A model generated the notes under the pieces. The model worked only from the letters and a program-made list of their open reading frames with translations. It was not told where the DNA came from and ran no database searches. Made by a program: the position numbers and the translations under genes. 64,000 bases of DNA from Dudresnaya verticillata (Eukaryota), in NCBI GenBank assembly GCA_977862235.1, contig OZ374564.1, positions 1,736,001-1,800,000 of the forward strand. Reading direction: 5' to 3'. Positions 1-11,500 of this stretch are shown one piece after another (the first letter of the stretch is position 1; each line of letters begins with the position of its first letter).

Positions 1-966
1 GAGCTCAAACATCAACTGTGCTGACTCGTGTTGACTCAGCACAGAAGAATCTTCGATCACTAGCCGCACTGGGCATCGTATCACCCAAAATGCCAGCCAG
101 TGCCTGCCGTTTCATATACAATACCTTCATGCGCTCAACTTACGAGCATGGCTGCACCCTGGTAAGCTATACAGCTGAAACGCAAGCCGCGATGGACAGC
201 CTGGATGCCGCATTCTTCCGCCTAGTGCTGTCGCAGCCGTCGAAACGCATGCCCCGTACCCGGCTACAGAAGCTCCGCGCGATCTTTCAGATTGAACCGC
301 CTCTCCTGCGCCAACGAGCCCTACAGCACAAGCTTATCGCCTCCCTCCAACATCGTGCTCGACACCAACCGCGCCTATCGCGCCCCACCTGGCAGGCTCG
401 ACACACATTAAGTGCCCTCCGCCATGTGCCCAATGAGACATTACAAGAGGCGCTACAGAACCCGCTCCCCCGTCGCGTCCTTGTCCAGCAATGCCATTCC
501 GCCTGGAAGGAAGCCCTGGCGGGGCGCCGCCCCGCTCCTCTCCCCACGACTTCGTGTCCCGCGCCGGCCCTGCGACTCGCCGACTACCGCGACAGACTGC
601 TGGCCATCCGGTGGCATTTGGGTACCTTCCCCATCCCCCCTTCCTGCCCTACCAAACGTGCAACCCTTCGAACCCACACCCAAGCCCTCCATCTGCTCTC
701 CAAGCCATACGCCACCCCAGACGATCTACACACCATTGCCAGTACGATCGCCGCCATCCGCACCCTGTGCTCTGCCGAGTTTCCCCCTCTAAACACGCCG
801 CCATCCTCCCAATCATAGACACACCACCGCTGTCCTTTTTTCCTTCCCGGGGTACACTACAGTGACAGCCCTCTGCCACTGTAGCTGATCCTGGTGTGCC
901 TGCACATGGGCCTTTAAGTCGCCCGAGCGGGACCACCTAAAACAACCATTAAAAGTTTACGATCAC
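1..966 (+). mobile_element. Non-LTR retrotransposon (LINE) 3' end: RT thumb/C-terminal ORF2 region (18-818) plus 3' UTR ending in ATCAC
   Basis: ORF 18-818 has the LINE RT thumb pattern (IYNTFMRSTYEHG...LDAAFFRLVL...IEPPLLR) and C-terminal RLLAIRWHLGTFP. A homologous copy lies at 18129-18630 (-). The element runs off the left edge. Confidence 0.8.
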
Positions 967-1031
967 ATACCCGTCCGTGGACTGCCCCCAGATTACGGGT
1001 GTAAGCCCGTCTTGTCTACCACATGCAGTAG

Positions 1032-1106
1032 ATATGTGGTTGGTAGGGCGTGTGCCTGCAAATGGGCAACCGCGCACGTTAAAGATTCAATAAATTACAA
1101 CATCAC
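1032..1106 (+). repeat. Short LINE-related 3'-end fragment
   Basis: ATATGTGGTTGGTAGGGCGTGTGCCTGCAAATGGGC...AAAGATTCAATAAATTACAACATCAC is nearly identical to the reverse complement of 15689-15778 and similar to 892-966. Confidence 0.75.
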
Positions 1107-1351
1107 TTGGAGTGAACGGGTGTGCTTTCGAGTTTCTGCCTAGACTGGCTGGCCACCAAGGTTAGTGCGACGCGCAACAGCTATGCATTGTCTCGCGACT
1201 ACATCGACAGAAAACGCAGGACACTGTGGTTTGCAGCGTGCCCTCGAATCTGGCCAACAAGTTCACACCAACGGTGCCAAACATCTGAAAACTTTGTGCT
1301 ATGCAGTGCAGCATCATCAGCTCTCTGACCCATTACGCGTCTTTCCGACGT

Positions 1352-1458
1352 CCTTGTTGAAATAAAGTCATTGTTGTGAACACACATCCTCGTTTTAAGC
1401 AAATGAGCAACCCTGCGAAAGGGTCTAATTACCTTGTTGGAATAAAGTCATTGTTGTC
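1352..1458 (+). repeat. Pair of ~26-bp direct repeats 80 bp apart
   Basis: CCTTGTTGAAATAAAGTCATTGTTGT (1352) and CCTTGTTGGAATAAAGTCATTGTTGT (1432). Confidence 0.7.
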
Positions 1459-1844
1459 GTGGCGCCTTATGACCAATAATCGTTACCGCCTTTGTAACGT
1501 TATCGGCGAGGCCGCCCTCGCTGGAGAAAGAGAGATGGGGACCTTTATGGTAGGATTGGAAGGGCGCTAAGTCGCCCCGTCTACGCTGGAGAATGCGGGA
1601 AACCAGTGGTGAAACTAACGAATGGTATTCAGTAGTAGGCTTTGTCCCCCGGCGCGTGGCCAGGAAAGCACCGAGCTTTTGGAGTGCGGTACGGCAATCG
1701 GGGCCAACTCTACCTTCACCACGATCCCTTCTTCGTACTACTGCGTATATCTACTTATTCTCCCCAGTTCTTCAAATACTGTTCTAGCAGTAATTTCATG
1801 CCATTTTTCGTGGGACTCTACTCGATCGTTGAGGCAAAACAGAC

Positions 1845-3711
1845 ATGCCATTCTCTGGTCTAATGATACTGCTCCCGCTACTATGTGCTACCAGAGTAAA
1901 CGCGAGTCGTCCTTTAGAAGGCATTCAGCTCCGCTGCTGCACACTGGAAGAAGCACCGAATATCATTCGTGAACCGGCAACGCCGATAGGGTTCAGTGGG
2001 ATAGCAATAGACTACGTGCTGCAGCTGCAGGCAACACTTGGCTTCACATGCACTTCCTTTTCCGAATTCAATTCAAGTTTAAACGGTACGCTGTTCACTT
2101 CTTTTGTTTACCAGATGGAGCGCTGTTCCAGAAACGGTATTGTACGGAAGGACGATTCGCAATGTCAATGCGACATAGGTGTAGGCGGCTGGGCAGAGAA
2201 CTTGGAGCGCTATGGACGTGTTGACTTCATCCATCGGTTCGCAAATAATGACTACCGCATTCTCACGCACGTGGACAACACTGCGGAAGCATCATATGAT
2301 TCTACCTTCTTTATCAAAACTTTCCCCACTCATGTTTGGCTTGCCATCAGTGCTATGGTGCTGGCATTCACAATGCTTAAAATGTTGGACAGGCGATTTG
2401 CACCCCCTGGGGAAGACTACAGTCCGCTCCCCAGAAACTATTCTTGGTTCCGACGCACCCGGCATTACATGCTCAAGAGTCGGATTCTGTACCGGTTGAG
2501 AAGAGCATTGCAAAGCACAGGTACGATAAGCTGCCAGCTCATGCCAAATATGCGGCGTTTCAATGTGAGTGGTACCTCAACGCAGAACAACCGGAGTTTT
2601 TTGGCTAACCATATTATTTTGATGGTTTCACGCTTGATGTATCAACGAGTTGCTTCCGTGAAGTGAGCAAGATGATTGCACAAGAAATAATTGAAGTAGT
2701 AGGGGACAAGAGCTCCACCAGGCAGTTCCTGCTGAACTTTGTCATCTGTGTATGCGGATTATTCCTTGTTTTGGTCTACGAAGCGGGGATGGTGTGAGTT
2801 CGTAACTTAATTCCTTAGCAAAAAACTTATCGCAGATGGGTCAGGAGCTAACTATGAGTTTTACGTTTCAATCCGTCAACAATCCATGCTCTCAAATGAC
2901 AGAGCTGCTCTCGTTCAAGAAAATGCAGTCTCCCAATTTCGTTCAGTCCATGACCTCAAGACCTGTCGTATTCCAGCACATGATATGTGCCTACCGAAAG
3001 GAGGGGCAGTAGAAGCTTTTTGGTCTGCAGCAATTGCAACAAGGTAAGTTCTTACACTCATATCCAAATGCATTGCACCTTGAGGTTGCTTCCAGCCACC
3101 ACTTTCAGCACAGCTGTCAAGTGGGACTTACTCAGCTCAAAACGTTTACTAGTGATTGTCATCAGAAGCAAGGAGCGGGGAAACCTGTGTATGTTGACTC
3201 GTATGCCGATCTTATATCCCGGGTTGCGTCCAAGAAATGCAAGTTTGCCCTTGCAGGGGGATCAACAATTGAATATGGTGCCCGCACAAGGTACTGTGGC
3301 AAGGTTGTAACGACCGGCAAGCCTTTTCGGAAAGGGGGCCTTTCATATGTTCTGCCAAGGGGCTCTAATATCACCGAGTCCTTCAACAGGGCAACCATTC
3401 AGCTGCTTACTTCGGATTCCATTCAGCAGTTGGAGGAATTTCTTGACAAGTACGGAGGATGCAATGCGAAGCCTGTGGTGTTGACATTCCAAAGGCTGCG
3501 AGTGTTCTTTTTTGTCGCCACTGCTATCTGCGCTCTGTTGTTCGCTCAAATGGTTCTTTTCCCACAAGATTTGCAGCACAAGGCCCTTCACACTTGTAGC
3601 GAGGTCGTGGAAGAAGAAGCTTCCCCTGAAGTTAAAAGGCACAGCTGTGGAGATACCTCCGACGAGGCTGGCGAAGAAGAAAGTCACAGATCTTCGGGCG
3701 AATCTGCGTGA
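1845..3711 (+). CDS. Ionotropic glutamate receptor-like (GLR/iGluR) membrane protein without ATD; predicted exons 1845-2520, 2664-2793, 2903-3043, 3153-3711
   Basis: Signal peptide; S1-like FSGIAIDY...CDIGVGG...ERYGRVDF; M1 VWLAISAMVLAF; spliced M3 LFLVLVYEAGMVAALVQE...FRSVHDL (cf. SYTANLAAFL...IESAEDL); S2 GKPFRKGGLSYVLPRGS...FNRATIQL; M4 VFFFVATAICALLF. Three GT-AG introns (GTACGA, GTGAGT, GTAAGT donors; GCTAAC branch points in introns 1 and 2) keep the frame open. Confidence 0.8.
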
Positions 3712-6700
3712 GAGAGTAGACTTAAGCCATGGTACACCTCTAAGCTGTCATAGTACGATTGTGAGCTGTATACATGATAAATCAGCCGCGATTCATATTC
3801 TTTTCGTTAGAGACTGTGGGATGGTTGGTTCGTACAGCGTGACGGCGGAAGGGTTCTCTTTGTACTAATCATCAAGTCTGCAAAGTTTCGAGGTTTCTGT
3901 TATCAGTCCTTACTGTATTCGTGCCTCCTTGTGCCGCGTTTCCGGTCTGTTCTCACGAACGTCAGAAGCACGCACACTATCGCAGTGTTTGTGACAGCCT
4001 AGAGATGGACCTTCGCCCCAAGGGTTACCTGAAACGCAATAGCACTACCAGAGAAACTACCGGTTGAGCTACGGACAGAATGAGGACTGAAGAATGATAG
4101 TCGAAAGCTTTCATTGTGGGGACAAAGCCAAGGTCATCGATGTCGACTTCCATTCGGAGTTGTTCGTGAGCGTGCGTCACTCTGTTGGGGCGTATTGAGG
4201 CGATTGCAGTACCGAACATCACGGCGGTGCTTAGAAGGGGAGTAATATCATGAGAAATCGCAATTGAGAAGGAATGTCGGACTCTATTCCTGGGCGCAAA
4301 ACGCTTTCAGCAACTGCGCACTCTCACTCACCAGTGAGCAAAGTTTGCCATCACCAAGTTCGGAAGAGATGCGACAGTCTCGAGCATGTCTCTGATTATG
4401 CAGGCATTGTATTCCATCCCGAGAAGATTGGCTGCCAGCAGTCACCGATAGCATAGTCAACAAAGTGTGCAGATATCGCACAAAACTGCGAGGTTGTGAC
4501 TCTCGCTGAGCAAGACGAGTCATTAGCGTCTTACACTAATCTCCTTGAGAACTGCATTGCGACAGTGCTTTGAAGATCTGGGGGACTGTGGCAGGACTCT
4601 GTTGGTCGCTGGCGAGACTCATGTCCCGCCGTGATGTTGAGCCTTACTGTTTGTTTTGGTCCTGCAAAGCTCGACAACAGAGAGTTGCAGCCGTGCAGCT
4701 TTCAAGGGGGCATTGTTATACTTGGCGCGGGAGTGTCGATCTCAGTAGAATCTCTCGCAACTGCTCACGAAACAGTTTGTCGCTGTCATTGCGGAATACT
4801 CTCTGGTGTCTAGCCCTGTGCCAGCACACGGGAGATACTCAATTATTGGTCAAATTTCTGTGGCGCTCTCGGCACTCACAACAATACTCGCTTCTGATAC
4901 AAACTTACATATCTCCTTGCCCTACTTCTCTTCACGGCGGAGTTTACCCTCCGTCATAGTTCGGCTTTTCCCGGATGGCCATGGAATATTTCGACTTGCA
5001 GAGAGTGCAGAGGCAGCCTTGGGGTGACTTGCAGCTCATTAGAAATAATACTAATATGACACGTACATCATGATGACCCGGGCGGTACCGGTGAGTGTGC
5101 GAAGCTCGAAGGAAGAAAGCCAGCTATTAGGGGTGAGACGTTTGGTGGAATCTACATGGTCAGGGCTTCGCTTGTCTATCTTTCCGTTTCGTGTACATGT
5201 GCTGTGCCGCATTATTCCTCCTGCATACTGCGTGGATTCTTGAATTACCACTCCACCACTCTACCACAAGTGGTGAGCCTTCTGGAATAAGGTGTGGCAC
5301 CCTTTGACCACTACTGCACTTACCGCACTGTGGGTAGCGACTACTGCACGTGCTCATTCCTCCTGCAACAATCCCAATCCCCGTCCGCCCCTGCACTGTG
5401 CGGCCAAGTCGGGATATCAAGGAAATCGACCTTGGTATGGCCAAGTACAGCCGCATTTCTTTAAAGGTTTCCCATTGGCCAAGAGAGTGGTGGAATAGTA
5501 GAGTGGCAATTCCCGAATCCATCCAGTAGGCAGTAGGAACAATACACCACTGTATTGGCTTATTAGGGCATTATTGTGAATGACATCTCTGATCGTTTGC
5601 TGTTATGCATAACTGTGGAATCCCGATAACAGCAACCAGCCGGGAGACGGACTACAGTTGCAGTTATCACGGGGTGCACTCAAACAGGACATACAGTATC
5701 AAACTGTTTGAGTACCTCTTTTTTTGCTTTATTGTACCCACACTATATCTGGCAGCGAGTACTTTTTGCTGTTGAACGACACGTGAGAAAGCCTGTTTCG
5801 TCGTTCGAAGCTTCGCGTTCGTCCGTTTCAGCAATCGAGAAGTTGCGCTTATTCGGGATAGCTGTTTTGGCGATTCCGCTAAACAGACGATCTGTCAGTG
5901 ATCACCGGAGAAGGTCTTGTGCTGACAAGTGCGGCTCTGAACAATATGTTGGAGAAAAAAACTCAGATGGTGGCAGACTGGTGACTACGGAGATAGACTG
6001 TTGACCAAAGTACTATTCACTGGAGGCGGATTTGCGACATCGAGGCATTGCGTAGTCTCCTCTGGCTCTGTCAGTCGAAGCAACGCAATGTACTCAGAAA
6101 TAATGTACAGCTCTTTCCTGGCAAGACTGCGGAGTTGGGCTTCCAAATGGTGGAACTGTAGTAGTATAATTAGATTGAGTGGGACTAGAGTAGCTGGGTA
6201 CTAAACACGCAACGAAAGAAACCGGTAGTAACAAAACATAGAAATAGGCTTCATTCATTCTTTCATTTGCAGAAGTTCCCTCTTGGACTCATGTTATATG
6301 CTCTTTTTTCGAAAAAAGCAGAACGGAGAAGGCGCAAAAACAGGTTCCACGCAACTTGTCTTTCAGATAGTTCGTACTTGCGGTCAATTTCATTTTAACA
6401 CGACGAGAAGCAACGCTCCAGATGCCCTGAGCGAGTTTGATGCAGACCTATTTGGAAGGAAACATATGTCAACTGGACGAGCACAGTAGGGCTGTGAGGG
6501 TGTAACATCATTAATCACATCAACTTGCGAATGAGACCTTCGGTGGCAACAAATGAATATTCACAAATGTGTTAATTAATACTCAGAGTGCACTTTGAAG
6601 TGACACAATGCATTCTCATGAACCGCATGATTAAAAAGATACAGTACAGCGGTTGACCCGTTGCGCTCTCCATCACTTCGTACGTCTTGGACAAGGTCCG

Positions 6701-8214
6701 CTAAGCATGGCCATTTGCCGTATATGCGCGCAGATGGGAATGGCCTTGCCATTCTTGGGGCTTAGTAAGTCAGCGTTGAGCAGCTGACCGAGCAGTCTGA
6801 TGCAATCTCGGAATGCAACGTTCCTTCAAGGAGCAAAAAGCATCAAAGAGTTATGATGTTTTATATTGTGATCATAGCAAACAAAGCTCACCTCAACCAG
6901 CCGTCGTATGCGTATACGAAATGCCTCTGCAAAAAGGAAAGTCGAGCCGGCATTGTTCTGAGCCAGACTCAGAAGCTAAGCATCCTCCATATAACATTTT
7001 ATTTTGCTGGCAGATCGACGCAACCCCTCCTTACCAGCTCCCCAGTTCCGACGGCGTAGCTTGCCTGTGAACGTCGTGCGAACCGCCGTGGAGCGAACGA
7101 GACCCACTTTGATTATTCCTCGAACAACTTACGCAGCCCGGTAGCATTAAAGAGTAGGTAGTAAAAAGGAGATTTATAGCGCATGTTCAACCACTAGGCG
7201 AGTGCCATCTGTGTCATGCTAAGCTCACGCAATTGTTGGCACGTCATTTTTTCTTTATTCACTTTCCTTCCGTGAGCTCTTCTCAGACCGCCAAGATCTT
7301 TCGTCTGCTGCCCTACTGTGTACGTGTTTCGTAAGCGAGAGCCAGTAAAGTCGAGATCGCGCTTTACTCTGAAGGGGGCCCGTTCCGCATCTGGGATTCA
7401 TAGAATGAATGAATGAGCTCGGTACGTGAGCAAATTAGCAACAAGACTTTGCAACAACGGCTAGCAGCTTGAAAATGCCTGAAATATTCACACGTCGCAC
7501 TCTGAACCTTCAACAGGCGAGCCAGGTTATGGGGATCACTAGTCGGAGAGGAATTAAAATAGTCAGACAGAGACTCGTCCCACACGAAAAAGGGAGCAAC
7601 TACTTGTTCTGCAACTTGTCGACAATCTGCTCACCATCTGAAGCGCTTGCAATGCAAATGAATATTCTGGCCATCAGATATAGTTTTTATACTCGTAGTG
7701 AGAGTGGGCTTTGAAAAAAATTATCTTGAATTGCCAATCGCATCATGGGCCTATGCTACCACTAAGACTGAATAGACAGACGTACGACAGTGCAGGTTTT
7801 CCTCTCCTCTGCAAGGAGCGCGAAAAGCTTCGGCGAGCAATTGCAACTATTGTGCACAACTGTGACCAGGACTCTCGCGAGATGATGATGGCCTGTGTTT
7901 GTTATCGAGTAGTGGCTGTCGAGAGCTGTCGGTTTCCGAAGACGTCGAATGATTACATGATGCCATCTCCTGCAATGCCTTTCTCAATCCTTGGTACTTT
8001 GAGAGTGTTCGCCGTCCTGCTCGAACCAAGGCACAATGTATTGATTGGTACTTGCCAGTACTCGAAAGGGTATATAAGCGAGGGTGGGTGCCAACCTAGC
8101 TGCGTTCCACAAACAAAGTCCAAGCCAACACCAAGTCCAGACCTGATCAAACACAGACTTCATCAACTGCCCAAGAGGAAGAATCCACTTCAGACTCACC
8201 ACATTGATCACATC

Positions 8215-8520
8215 ATGATTTCTGCTACCATTCAGCTCTGTTTTCTGCTCACTGCAATCGTTACGGTTTCCTGTGCAGCGACTCTGGACGCTGCTGCTGC
8301 CCTCGAGAAAGGAGACCTGATGGAAGCTGTTCATGCTCGTCGACGCCAGAAGAATATTTGTGGATGCAAGTGTCGTGTGTCCAAAGGGCGCGGGGAAAAT
8401 AGGGCCATTCAAGATTGCAGAAGGAAACATAAAATGTGCGCTGTGTCTACATGTGAGAAGAAGAGTGGCAGGACTGGGTATTGGTGTTGCGGCAAGGGCA
8501 AGTACGAATGGGGCTCGTAA
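8215..8520 (+). CDS. Small secreted cysteine-rich cationic peptide precursor (101 aa)
   Basis: MISATIQLCFLLTAIVTVSCA signal peptide, acidic/Ala pro-region, RRR basic site, then a Lys/Arg-rich domain with 8 Cys. TATATAAG at 8071-8078 upstream. Confidence 0.7.
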   Translation: MISATIQLCFLLTAIVTVSCAATLDAAAALEKGDLMEAVHARRRQKNICGCKCRVSKGRGENRAIQDCRRKHKMCAVSTCEKKSGRTGYWCCGKGKYEWGS

Positions 8521-11500
8521 AGAGAGCCTAGTGAGGGAGCCTTTAGATAAGGCGTCCGGGGAAAGAAGAAATGAGGTTGCGAGAGGAGTCAAGAACTGAA
8601 GTAGTTGAAAATGCTGATTGGATGCGGAACTATACGCATCAGAAGGGCTGTGAACCTAACTTTGTGGGAGTAGATCTTTACAAGATTCGTTGATTTGACG
8701 AGTTGTTGCCAATGCTTAACATGCAGATACAGGACGATGAGTTTGCAGATAGTTGCCCAAACGCAGATGGCATCATATAGTGACCATATTGTTGGATGCC
8801 TCTGTTGTTTCGCGAGTCTATATGTAAACGATTCTTGTTATTGTTTTGAAATATGGGCATCACATCCGGTATCAGAAGTTGCGCAATGTCACAGATGTTG
8901 TAGATGCGAAGTTGTGCGTAGTATCTTTGTCTTCTTTGGAAACGTTTAGCTCAACAAAAAATTCTTTCAAAGGCATTGAGGAGGATTGCACAAAGGTGTT
9001 GTTTAGATCTGCTGCAGTCTGCTGCAGTGTTACTCCTTGCACCGATCAAAAAGCGGTATCCTGAGAAAAGCAGCGAGGCTTGGGCCGCCTACGTTACAGT
9101 TGTCTCGACCGTGGCGAAAGCGCGGATCGAAATAGATGTTCTGTTCGAAGCAAGACGGAAGGGCAAGAACGGGTAGAGCTCGCTTACAACAGCAGCACAC
9201 ACATAATGTGATAACGCAAGATGTTCAAAGCGCAATGTTGCGTACAGGCGGTGAGGAGGTATGCAGTACAGTTTGAAGTTGCACAGGACGCGCTCAAGAT
9301 ATTACTATTTTAAGAAACAGGTCCGCTGCGAGTGCACGTACTGAGGTCAGTACTGTACTGTACGGTTCGTTGCAATCTACGGGGGACCCCGCCCTATCTC
9401 ACCATGAGGCACGACGGGCTTCGTCAGTGGTTGTAGGCTGCATCGGCGGCGGTGGGAGGCCAGATTTGAGCGCTGCGCGGGAGGCGGTTGGGCGATGAGC
9501 GCCATTGATTGCGAGCTGATGCCGTGGGAGGCGGTCAGTGAGCGCAGATGGTGCAAATTGGACAGTGCGCGGCGCAGGTGCGTTGTTACTGTCCAGTGCC
9601 AGCAGTGGGCCATTGCGAATCTGAGAGATATTCGCTCAAATACGGTAGTATGTCCGTGTAGCGCACCGCAGCAAGGACAGCACTGCAACCGGCGCAGCGA
9701 AACATTGATTGTAAGAGTCAAGTGTTAAAGTGCGCAACAAACAGCAACGTTGTCGCGTGCAGCTGCAATAATATTTCGTGATTAATGGCTACTATGTCGG
9801 GATCGCGCCCTTGTCAACGATCTATCAACCGCGGTATCTCGGCAGCGCTCTTGCACTTTGAGCCGTGTAGGCCCTCGGTTTGATTAGAAACGGGGATCTG
9901 GATAGAGTTTTTGCATTTTTCGAAGTGCCGGTCTGTGGAGGTCAGCCGAGAGACGTGAAAAAGAAATAGAATCATTGTCCGAGATAGTTCCTGTGCTAAG
10001 AATTGGGATGTAACAAGATCTGGAGAGAGGGAGAGAGAAGGACGGATATGTGGCAATTTCCCAACCGTGATGTTGCTCTTTAATTGTTGTTTATAGTGGT
10101 CCTACGCGGGCAGCTTAGGCCCATGTGCAGGCGCACTTAGGCGAACTGTGCTGTAATTGTTGCTTCCTTTCCAAGTCTTGACGAGTTCCGTCCAAGAGAT
10201 TATTGTAAAGGGCGAGAGAGAGGGAGAGAGAGATGACCTTGAACACTAGACTGCCCCGCAAGAAATACCCTACCATTTCTGCATGCAATGTCGTTTAATG
10301 CGTGATCAAGCAATATTTTGCATACGTCCGTGTCTCAGTCGACCCGAAGATATTTATTTATTCCTTCAAGCATCCTACTTGTTGATTGCTGAGCTCCACC
10401 CCATTGTCACGTACGTGCCTTCGACCGCCGCAACGTGGGCTGATTTCTAGTCTACAGCAGTGCCGCACTTCTCAAGATTGCCTACGTCGTCGCGCCTCGT
10501 TTTTCTCAATAAAAGTTCATCTCTCTACCAGAGTCAACCGCGAGATGCGCCGCCTTCACTGTCGCCTTTGCCATTTTATCTCTGAGATATTCGGTTTTTT
10601 CTCGCTGTGTACCTCTTTTATGCCCTTGCTTCAATTAAAGTGATGCTTCCACCTGCTCTTCTTGTCGGCCGCCACACGCCGGAAGTCGTTCATTCGGAAA
10701 TAAGCCATGCATTGCTCACGTAAAGGACATTACAATGATACGGCCCGGCAGAACTGCAGCGTCTTCGATGATGCAGTGTATTCGATGACGCACATCTTCG
10801 ATGATGCATGGCGACGATATCTCAGCAAGACGAGGTCAAACTACTGGTGTTGCAGATGTGTAACACTGTCCGTTCACCGCGTGATGACAAGTTGGGGATA
10901 ACATTAGCAGCAGTGCGCCATTCATGTTTTTCTGCGTCACAGTCAGCTTCATGTCTTTCCGAGAAAAGCACCGTTAAGCCAAAAGACAATAATGGACTAG
11001 GCACTTCTGGCTTCGAACGCCGCATCTACTGCACGACAATGCGCTCTTGCTTTCCGAAAAAAGAGAGATCCCCCGTTTGGAGAATCCTCCCTGTCTATTC
11101 TTTTGCCTTCTATATTACCTCTATATATCACAGTCAGCCCCGCAGCCCTCTATCCTTCGGTTTAGACCTCCATAAGGGGGCTTTTGACTTCCGCTTTGCC
11201 GAAAATGTTTTGTCTATAGTACAAAATTCATGTCTGTCAATCTGTCAAAGTCAGCCGTGAGATATGGCAACGAATGTGGGAGCCATTCTCTGAGATACTT
11301 GTTGCGCACGAGCTGGGATACTCTTTCCTAACGGTGACTCTAATTTGAGTATTCTAGTCAGCTAATCCAGCCACAAGTCAGGCGGCGTTGCACTTGACTC
11401 ATCCTGACGAGGGCAGCGGGTTGAGTCTACAAGACAGAGGGAGAAACAGAGAGGGAAGGAGAGAGCAACTGTACAGGGGGAAGAGCGGGCAACTCTTCGA

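Noticed and set aside
7711..8214. N-terminal extension of the 269-aa ORF
   Set aside because: Starts at TTG, composition is not protein-like, and it contains the TATA box of the peptide gene; real start is likely 8215.
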